Positions 13,716 through 22,806 of a stretch of 37,761 bases of DNA are shown here, one piece after another. How positions within the stretch are numbered: the first letter of the stretch is position 1; the number at the start of each line of letters is the position of its first letter. The notes below the pieces were generated by a model. The model ran no database searches and was not told the origin of the DNA. It worked only from the letters and a program-made list of their open reading frames with translations. Origin of the DNA: Bigelowiella natans CCMP2755 (lineage: Eukaryota > Protista > Cercozoa). The translations under genes were made by a program, and so were the position numbers. Location: contig ADNK01002864.1 of the NCBI GenBank assembly GCA_000320545.1, forward strand, positions 1 to 37,761, written 5' to 3'.

Positions 13716-14696
13716 TAATAGTCGTCGTTTTTAATAACTATTGTAGGAAATATAGCGGTGGTAGTAGTCTTTTTTTAGTGGTATTCTTGTTAGTTTGCGG
13801 TGATGATGGTGTATAATCGGGTCTTAGTCAATAACTCATGCGTCTCCATCGTGAATGAGTATTATTATATTGTTTTCACGAGTTGGTGAAATATTGAATT
13901 TTGAGACCGAAGCGAAAAACCGAGAATGGTTCTTGCCTGCGACATGTGCGCAGATGCGTATATCACACCAACGAGTGTTACTTTCACTGTTGTCCAAAGT
14001 TAATATGAAAGCGGTATATTATTCACTGTCAGTCGTATCCTAAAAAAAATTTTCCACAATAATAAACTGTATTTTTATTGTTCAATTCATTGTCTTTGTA
14101 TATAGTTTGGGAATCCTCTTCGGAGTGTTTCCATCATCGTGTACAACCATGTGCTGCCGCATTGCATAGAACTACGTGTAGCAATCACGTCATTTGCAAG
14201 TGCATCGTGTGAAATCATGGCAAAATGCTCGAGGAGCCATCACAAACCATTGCATTTAGATGCGTCTCCAGTGTGCCAGCAGCAGACGTAGATCAGCAAA
14301 ATGCTCCACATCATCTAGCCACATGCAGCACGTCTAGTCGTGCATGCCTTCGATCTAGTCAGAAATGATCAGCAGGATTGATCTCGCGATTGATGAATCT
14401 CGTGCACTTCGCGCTACGTGCACTGCCGCGCATGCGTGCACGTTCGCCGAGCTAGCAAACAGCAAGGGACATGCCAGCATGCTGGGATGCCAGCTTCACT
14501 GGCTAGCTAGTGCAGGCCTGCTAGCTTGGCAGTCATCTTGTCATGCATGCTCTTGTGCACAGTGTCTCTGGGATCACATGGCTCATGCATCTTCAATCAT
14601 CAGTGTGACATGCATGCATCAGTTTCGATGATGGACCATGGACCATGACCAAAATCGGCCATTCCAGCACTTGTGGCAATTTTTGAACAAAGCAAA

Positions 14697-15112
14697 TGTC
14701 AGCGGTCTGGCCGCGCCACCCACGATCAAGGAGCTGTCGCAGCATGCGCACGTCCACTCGTGCTGCACGCTGCGCTGCGCACATGCGCATGGAAGTTCTC
14801 AGAACTTCGGGAATCTTCGAGAAGCTTCGAGAATCTTCCAGAAGCTTCGAGAACATTCCGGAAGATTCGAGAATCTTCCAGAATCTTCGAGAGCATTCCG
14901 GAAGCTTCGAGAATCTTCCAGAGAATTCGAGAGAGTTCTGGAAGATTCGAGAATCTTCGCGAATGCGCCGGAACCCAATGCGCACATGCATGCAGCGCAA
15001 GTCACAAGTCATCATCAGAATCCAAACGCACACAGGACCGCGTGTTGACACTTGGTGACATCAGCACAGTCCCGCGCACAAAAGCTAAGCAGCCACCGCA
15101 AGCCCGCTGAAA
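14697..15112 (+). repeat. 5' LTR (416 bp)
   Basis: Starts TGTCAGCGG; matches 20704-21119 except at 15086 and 15108-15109. Confidence 0.95.
14791..14963. promoter_or_regulatory. Array of heat-shock-element-like nGAAn/nTTCn units in the LTR (second copy 20798-20970)
   Basis: About 17 units with 10-bp period TTCnnGAAnn (ttcgagaa, ttccagaa, ttccggaa, ttctggaa), matching the HSF consensus of alternating nGAAn pentamers. Confidence 0.7.
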
Positions 15113-15123
15113 GGTCATGAGCC
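15113..15123 (+). promoter_or_regulatory. Primer-binding site, internal/half tRNA-iMet type
   Basis: GGTCATGAGCC directly after the 5' LTR resembles the GGTTATG(G/A)GCC PBS of Drosophila-copia-like elements, with one TA>CA change. Confidence 0.7.
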
Positions 15124-18100
15124 TCAAGAGGACTTGCCAGAGAACCAACTCAGAAAAGAACCAAGCACCCCCCCCACCCCCCTTCAGCTACATCCTTCCA
15201 GAAGAAGGAACTGAAAGCGACAACAGCATTCCCTCAGCCAATCTTCGGTCAAGCCTCCAAAGCACTGAAAAACAAAGAAAGTGGGAACGAAACAACGTGT
15301 CAGAAAAGCAGACAGACTCCCTTCCAAAAAACTTCACCCTCAAGTGCGATGGTAGCAACTGCAAGCCCCACATGTGCAAGCCAATGTCTGCCTTTGAAGC
15401 AGCGGATTTGGAATCATGCTTCAATGTCAACACAGAAACAGAAGGAAAGGTGACAGAAGTCAATGTGCGCACCGACCCCGCTCACCGACGAGAAGTACTC
15501 AAGCTGTCCCCGGAGCAATTCGATGTCCTCAATCCCAAACCTGAAGGAAGAGGATCACAAGAAAAGACAAACAAAAGAAAGAGAGGAAGATTCTTCCTCA
15601 CTGCCACCCTTCCTGATGAATTCTTCGATCTGCTCGAAGGAAAACCCAAAGACGTAGCAGTCACCTTAGCAGCCTTGCTGGAGAAGTGCGAGCCCACCAA
15701 TCCTGCAGCCGTCAGGAAACTTTGTTCGAAACTGAGTGATGTGAACATGGGTCAGCACAATGGAGACTTCACAAAGTGTCATTCTGACCTTGACTCGACG
15801 ATCAGAAGACTTCGGGCACAGCACGAAGGATGCTCCGACAACCAAGCGCTCACCACTCTGCTTCGAGGACTTGCACCTAGCGAAAAATGCGAGACTGTAG
15901 TTGCAGTCATCAACAACAAGAAAGATGTCACCTTCGACTCTGCAGTGGACATGATGCGTTCCCACATGAACTCCCGATCGCTCGATGACGGGCAGAGACC
16001 TTCAAAGAAACATGCAGGACACACCAGTGCAGAACACAAACACGTGAAGATGCACGATGGCTTGGAGAAAAGGCTGAACGAACTCACAGGTCAGCTGAAT
16101 GCCCACAAGAGGAAATTCAAAAAGGGAAAGAACAGACACAACAGCGAAGCACATCAAGACAATTCCAAGAAGCAAAAGAGAGAAGACCATTTCTTGAACT
16201 CAAAGAAAAGAACAAAATGCCATTGCTGTGGCAAGAAAGGACATTGGGAAAAGGAATGCAGAAACAAGATGAGAGATGAAGGCAAGCAGAACAAAGGAAA
16301 ACACTGTTCCTTCATTGATCATGGCTCCCCTTCCCAAAGACCCTCTTGCATTGACAAGATGGCACGCGACAATTCTCACCTGCAAACGCTGAAGTGCAAC
16401 CATGAGCCTTTGATCCTTCTCGACAGCGGAGCCAACAACCACTTCTTCTGCGACCGCGACTTCTTCAACGAGTTGAAACCCATTCAACCACGATGCATGG
16501 AAGTTGGCAAAGATGGGACAGGATTCTTTGTGAATCATGCAGGCGACGTCAAACTAACTGCTGAAAACAAGCAAGGAAAGATGCACAAAATTGTTCTGCA
16601 AGGAGCTTTGTGCTCTGAAGAAGCTGCAGGCAATGTGATCTCTCTGAACAGACTAGTTGAGAGTGGCAGCGAGCACAAAGGAACAAAACAAGGAATGAGC
16701 ATTGCCGCCAACGGAGAGGAATGCGCGTTCGGAGACTTTCAAGACGACGGCCTGTTTCATTTGAGATGCAAACAAATGAACAAAAGTGCAAAGACACAAA
16801 GATTTGAATCCTGCCCTGTGAAGCAGCCATCTCCAATCAAGCACGCACATGACATCCCAGGGCACATCGCAACGGATGAGACAAGAGACGCCTGTGCAGT
16901 TGCAGAAGGTTTGCCCTGTTCCAAGACGATGAAGATGCCAAAGAAGATCTTTTGCAAGGCCTGTGATGTGGCCAAAACAAAAAGATCTCCGATCTTTGAT
17001 CTGAGCGCCCAAGAAAGGATGAAACAGCATGGGAACAAAGCAAAGATTGAGAACGATGCTGTCAAAAAGAAACAAAAATTTGCACCTGTCATCCACAAGA
17101 AAAACCGGATGTGGAATGGAATTCACTCTGATGCAAAGACCATGCATGACAGCATGGATGGTTGCAAGCATTTCGTGATGTTCGCACATGAAGGAACAAG
17201 GTGGGTTGCCTTGGAGCTCTTGAGAAAGAAAAGCGAAGTTGCGCAGAAAACCACACAGTTCACAAAGCACATCAGAAAGCTTCCAGGTTGTGGAAGCATG
17301 GACGAATTCAGATCGGATGGTGGAGGTGAGTGTGTGAGCGCAAAGCCACACAGCTGGCTCACCTCCGAAGGAATGAAATGGGTTCCTAGCACCGCCCGAA
17401 CACCTGAGCAAAATGGAATGTCCGAGCGTCACATGCAGACTGTCATGGCGAAAACAAGAGCCATGTCAGAACATGCACGCTTGCCGGTCGGATGCTGGTC
17501 CTGCGCAGCTCAGACTGCAGCATGTCTCCACAACGTCACCTCACATCGCAGCACACCTGGCAGAAAAACGCCCAAAGAACTGCTGCACCATGAGCAACCA
17601 AATCTGAAGAATCCAACTACCTGGGGATGCATCGGAGCAAACCACATCGACAAGGAACTCCGACCTGCAGGTGGTGTGGGTGCTGGAGGTGAACACGTGC
17701 GCATGTTGGGATGTGACGATGGATTTGGCACTTTTCTCGTCGCCACGAAGACGCTGAAAATCAAAAGAGTCCGTGCAACTGAATGGTGCCACACAGTGTT
17801 CAAGTTTCCTTCGCTGAAGAGAAACAAAGTTGGTGATTCGGCTTTGGCGCACCTTCATCCAGAAGGTCCTGCCGACGCGGACGCCCCCGAACCATCCAGT
17901 GCAGCTGACGAGCCGCCAGAGGATGGTGGGCCTGAAACAAAAGCAAAAAGTGAGCCTCGAAGGTCGAATGGAGAAAACAGGGGAGTGCCTGGTGTTCGTT
18001 GCGGAATGCTTGGTAGCTGTCACGACCGCCTGATGAATGTGAAAGCTCCATCAGCACATGAGATCGAGGACCTTCCTGAGACGCATGACGATGCAATCAC

Positions 18101-19739
18101 AGGAGATGATGAGAAGCATTGGACACCTTCCACGGAAGAGGAACTGCACCAGCTTCGAAAACTTGGAACGTTTGCGCTGGCAGTGCGACCTGAGGATGCA
18201 AGTTCAGTTGCATCTGAATGGGCATTCAAGAAGAAAATGAATGCAGACCATGCCATTCGGTGTGAGTCAAGGCTGGTCGCGCGAGGGTTCACGCAGATCC
18301 CGGGAGAAGACTTCTTCTTCTCTTGTTCCCCGACGTTGTCCCTGAACAGTTTTCGGATGATGTCAGCCATGGCATCTGTCCTCAAGCTGAAACTGCACGG
18401 GATGGATGCACTTGCAGCTTTCCTGACTGGAAAGATGGACTGCAAAGTGCACATGGAAATGCCCAAAGGGTGGAAGCCGAAGACACCTGAAGAAATCCGG
18501 CCACACAACAGTGGCCTTCCACTAGCCCTGCTGGCAAATGAAAGCATTTGTGGGCTGACACAAGCAAGTGCAATGTTCAGCCTCACCTTGCTCGAGCATC
18601 TCAACGCCATTGGCTTCGTCCAGCTTTGCTCCGATCCTTGCCCAATGACAATGCACAGACAAGGAAGAATCATCACATTGTCATGTTTCGTGGATGACGT
18701 GTGCATGGCACATCAAGATGAGAAAGACCTGGACTTTGTCATGAAGCGAATGGGCGACAAGTTTGAGTTTCGCGATGAAGGCGAGCCAAAGAAAACACTG
18801 GGCATGAGAGTTGGCAGCGACAATGAGGGAAACTGTTGGATGTCGCAGGAAGATCACCTCACCAGACTCGCCCAGAAGTGTGACATCACGCCTACGAAAA
18901 GAGCAAAAACACCAATGATGACAGGATCAAAGTTGGACGAATGCGAGGAACGTGAAAAAGTGGATCAGAAGGCATGCAGATCCATCACAGGAGCAGCAAT
19001 GTGTGCAGCGGTGGCCACCAGGCCAGACATCTGCTGCACTCCATCTCGTCTAGCTTCCCACAGTCAAGATCCTGGAACTGTGCACTGCATCGCTGCAGTG
19101 CGCTCACTGCAACACCTGGTCAACACAAAGGACAAAAGAATCACCTTCAAAGCAGCGTCCAAACCTGAGCTTGAAGCCCACGTCGATGCTTCCTGGAAGA
19201 CCTGCAAGAAAACGGGTGAATCACACTCAGGACATTTCACATCGTCAAGCAACGCACCTGTTGTCTGGAAGAGCAACAAGCAAAAGGTCGTTGCCATGTC
19301 CAGTGGCGAGGCTGAGCACATGGCATCATCAGATGCATGCAGAGAGTCAGTGCATGTCACTCAGTTGCCACAGGAGTTCAAGATGAAAATGCCGAAACCT
19401 GCACCTGTGCATTGTGACTCTCAAGCAGCTGTCTCCATTGCAGCCAAGCCTGGATTCACACAGAAAGGCAAGAACACGAGGATGGAATGTCACAATGTTC
19501 GTGACAACCATCAAACCAAGCAGATCTGCACAAACAAAATGCCTGGGGAGGACAATCCCGCTGATGCACTTGCTGAGGCTCTGCCAGGACCTAGCAACAA
19601 GAAACACTGTGATTTCTTGTTCCCTGCATCACACAGAAAAAAACTGACCACAATGCTGCAAGGCACCAAAAAAAGAAAAATGACTGCAAAGGCTCTGCCT
19701 TGCAAGCTCCCTCGCCTTGTCGGCCCCACGTCCATCTAG
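15117..19739 (+). pseudogene. Copia Gag-Pol polyprotein ORF (1540 aa); frame open but saturated with missense changes, probably non-functional
   Basis: Zinc knuckle CHCCGKKGHWEKEC (16218-16259); protease LLDSGA (~16416); integrase HHCC, IHSD, RSDGGGE and TPEQNGMSER; RT SRLVARGFTQ and FVDD (18687); RNase H VDASW, SSGEAE, CDSQAA and NPADAL. Conserved Tyr positions read Cys or His throughout. Confidence 0.93.
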
Positions 19740-20694
19740 AAACCTGCAACACGTGAACACATGGGCTGCAAGGTTTCAATGGCACACATCTTCATGTGTG
19801 TGTGCCTTTCCTTGCGCATCTTGCTGTGGACCATGTGCACAGCTCCGATGGGGGCGAATGTGAATTGCGCCATGGATCATGCAATTGCACAGTGTCTGTC
19901 TTCCAGACACTGCACAATCATGGGGGCGAACATGGAACAAAGACAGGATGCCCACAAAACAAGAACAAGATGCAAGGCCACGTGCCACGAGACACCTGCG
20001 AAATTGAAAACAAGTGAGACAGAAAAAAACTGCCTTCCCTGTGTGGAGGCATGGAAGAACAATGTCGCTGTGACCAGAGTGTGATGCCTTCAGACCCACG
20101 AAGGCAGACTGCATTCTCTTCGGCATTCCTTCTCGATCTGGCATGGCTGCAACCCAGCCAGCCAACAGTGTTTGGAGCCCAGCCCGCAATTTCGTCTCTC
20201 AGGGAAGAGCTCTGTTGGGGGACGTGGACGTGCACGTAGCTCGCCTCATCACAAGAGGTGGGGCAAGGTGAAGAGTTGAAAGCACGATCGATCGAAGTTC
20301 CCAAACTTGGGGACCTGACCATGGGAAACCAGATCGGTGTTCCAGAATGTTCCAGAATGTTCCAGAATGTTTTCTGGAAGCACGTGAGGGATTCCAGATT
20401 TTTTTTTTTTCTCTGGAAGCACACTGGTGTCGTTTGAAAAAATCACTTTTTGGACAAGTCCCAGTTCGTGCCGAAATCATGGCACCTTGCCCAGTTGCAA
20501 GCCTGGGAATTTTGTGCCTCTGCACAGAGTTTCAGGCGTCTGGTGGTGCGATGTTTGGTCGGCAAAATTTTGCCAACCATTCGGACTCCGAAACCTTTGG
20601 GAATGGCGTCCATGTGCAGCACCGTGCAAAAGTTCTGTCACCATGGCAGAAATGGCACGTGCACATCAGCACTCTGATCGTGGTCACCACGTCC

Positions 20695-20703
20695 ATGGGG
20701 GCG
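20695..20703 (+). other. Polypurine-tract-like sequence
   Basis: ATGGGGGCG immediately 5' of the 3' LTR. Confidence 0.55.
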
Positions 20704-21119
20704 TGTCAGCGGTCTGGCCGCGCCACCCACGATCAAGGAGCTGTCGCAGCATGCGCACGTCCACTCGTGCTGCACGCTGCGCTGCGCACATGCGCATGGA
20801 AGTTCTCAGAACTTCGGGAATCTTCGAGAAGCTTCGAGAATCTTCCAGAAGCTTCGAGAACATTCCGGAAGATTCGAGAATCTTCCAGAATCTTCGAGAG
20901 CATTCCGGAAGCTTCGAGAATCTTCCAGAGAATTCGAGAGAGTTCTGGAAGATTCGAGAATCTTCGCGAATGCGCCGGAACCCAATGCGCACATGCATGC
21001 AGCGCAAGTCACAAGTCATCATCAGAATCCAAACGCACACAGGACCGCGTGTTGACACTTGGTGACATCAGCACAGTCCCGCGCACAAAAGCCAAGCAGC
21101 CACCGCAAGCCCGCCAAAA
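20704..21119 (+). repeat. 3' LTR (416 bp)
   Basis: Direct repeat of 14697-15112 at offset 6007, preceded by the G-rich tract ATGGGGGCG. Confidence 0.95.
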
Positions 21120-21959
21120 GCAAGTGCAGAAACACTTCATGCAAACACAAATGCAAACGTGCACTGGTGTCTTTTGCAAGCAAAAACATGAAAACAGACG
21201 AGATGGTGCACAGGTGAAAGACCCTGCGTGCAGAAGCTTTTGTTCGTCCCGCAGCAACGTGCAAGGCAATCGTCGTGCCACAAGTTTGCACAAGATTTGA
21301 CAAGTCATGCAATGCTGCACTCCAGACCAATGTTTTGTCCCTGGTTCATCCACACATCTGTCCACATGCGACGAAATCTTTGGTCTTCAGAGAAAGTGTC
21401 GCGAATCCGCACCATCAATCCAAACGTCACCTGTTTCCCGAAATGCAAATCAAATCACTCTCGTGGACGCTGATTTGGGGTCCGCGTGTGGTTTTCGTAG
21501 TCACCCGCAAGCAAATGAACCACACACACCTTGCAAATCGTTCAGTTTCATTTGACAGATCCCAACTTCACCCAAGTGCTTCACACGAAGAGAGTGCAAA
21601 CTGGCATCGTCTTCTGACACAATTCACAACGTTGAAGTCAAGCAGTTCAAGAGAAGGCACCTGAAACTGTTGGAAAGGGGCTTCTAGTTTCACTCTGTCA
21701 ATGATTGACTTCACGTAGTCGCTCCTCAAGGCCCGAATCAGCACTTGAAGGAGAGTGACTGGGCAGTCTGTTCGTCAGCAGTGGCCACGATTGAGCAAGA
21801 AACAATGAAACAATGATGAAAAACCACATTTCCAAAGTGCAGCAAGACACTTGCAGTGTGCAAAATGCAGTGCCTCGAACTGATTTCAGTGAGGACTGTG
21901 ACTAGCAGATCAACTGGCCAGGTTGCCAAAATGGCACGACTTGGTCATTGAACAAGTTT

Positions 21960-22330
21960 GAGAAGCAATGACACTGGTGACAAAATTCTGACGGCGCAAG
22001 ACGTCCACTCTGAGCAAAAACTTCCTGAAGGCCATGTCCACACGATGATCTACGATTGGATCATCTGAGGGTGCCCCCAGCAGAATTTTGGTTTTGGAGG
22101 AGTCTGGAGCGTCAAAGAATGAAGAGTGGAGGGAAGAAGCTGAACCCAGAACTGATCTCATGTGCGAGAGAAGCTTGCATCTCTCTGCATTCAAGTGAGT
22201 GCAATGATGGATGAGGTGGTTGACACTTTGAACAACTTCAGCATTGCAAAGAGGACACACCGAGAAAGAGGGGGGCAAGTTGCAAATTTTGGCCCTGTGC
22301 TCCTCAGTTTCGCAAGTCCCAGCACGGTGA
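21960..22330 (-). mobile_element. 5'-truncated non-LTR retrotransposon (LINE) fragment, ORF2 C-terminal CCHC region
   Basis: Translation RAGT...CPLCNAEVVQSVNHLIHHCTHLNAER...KILLG...FL fits the C-x2-C-x8-9-H-x4-C motif at the end of LINE ORF2. The fragment is also TpA-depleted. Confidence 0.7.
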
Positions 22331-22806
22331 GAGTTTTGACACGTGCTCATCATCAACCCACGAGGACAAAATTGGAGAAACGCATTCCATTTTTCAAGTT
22401 TCATGAACGAAAAAATCAAAAACAATGCAAAGCGAAGGGCAAACATCAATGCACAAGTGCCATTGAATGTCCCACTTCAGACCATCGAGATTTCTGGGAA
22501 AGTCGACTTTTCCTCTCGTTGAATCGATTAAAGGCAAAAGTCATGTCGCGCGTCCAAAATCCCATCTATTTTTACCTCAATGACACAGTTGGCTTTGGAG
22601 ATGGTAACCTCGCACGCTTTGGGAAAGGATTTTTTGCGTGTTTTTTTCGGATTTTACTTTGTTGTTGTTGTCGTAGGCCAAGAATTCCAGGGTTTTCGTC
22701 ATAGGGAAACCGTCAATCACAGAAAGGGCATAATCAAAACCGCCCCCCCTTGTGAAGAACTAGGCTCGGCACAGACTTCCAGACGCTCTCCGGACATTGA
22801 GACAGG

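Larger units (their letters stand above)
14697..21119 (+). mobile_element. Full-length Ty1/copia LTR retrotransposon, TpA-hypermutated
   Basis: Two 416-bp direct repeats, PBS, PPT-like tract and a gag-PR-IN-RT-RH ORF in copia order. Imperfect 5-bp TSD GCAAA (14692-14696) / GCAAG (21120-21124). The empty site is visible in the paralogous segment at ~30864-30890. Confidence 0.97.
14190..22530. other. TpA-depleted (hypermutated) domain; weaker domains at ~28800-29640, ~30280-30960, ~31620-33250 and partial from ~35000 to the end
   Basis: TA is nearly absent except in CTA/TAG contexts, while CA and TG are in visible excess. This contrasts sharply with the TA-rich genic DNA on either side. Confidence 0.92.

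Noticed and set aside
14791-14963. CRISPR array or coding repeat
   Set aside because: 10-bp periodic units with no unique spacers, inside an LTR, in a eukaryotic context with no cas genes.
15117-19739. Alternative genetic code or Tyr-codon reassignment explaining the Tyr-free polyprotein
   Set aside because: GBF1 and ankyrin copy A use TAY for conserved Tyr. TA is also lost across codon boundaries and in non-coding DNA, and Tyr goes to both Cys and His.
14697-21119. ADAR or APOBEC editing of the retroelement RNA/cDNA
   Set aside because: Changes occur on both strands, extend into the flanks and into an intron-containing duplicated gene, and spare TAG, which is ADAR's preferred context.
21697-21829. 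Minus-strand signal-peptide-like ORF (MWFFIIVSLFLAQSWPLL...)
   Set aside because: Stops after ~43 codons, lies in hypermutated DNA and has no recognisable homology.
14365-22704. The many overlapping 60-317 aa ORFs as real genes (e.g. 20347-21300 as an env-like or extra ORF)
   Set aside because: Explained by loss of TAA/TAG stops; they run through LTR repeats and have no recognisable domains.
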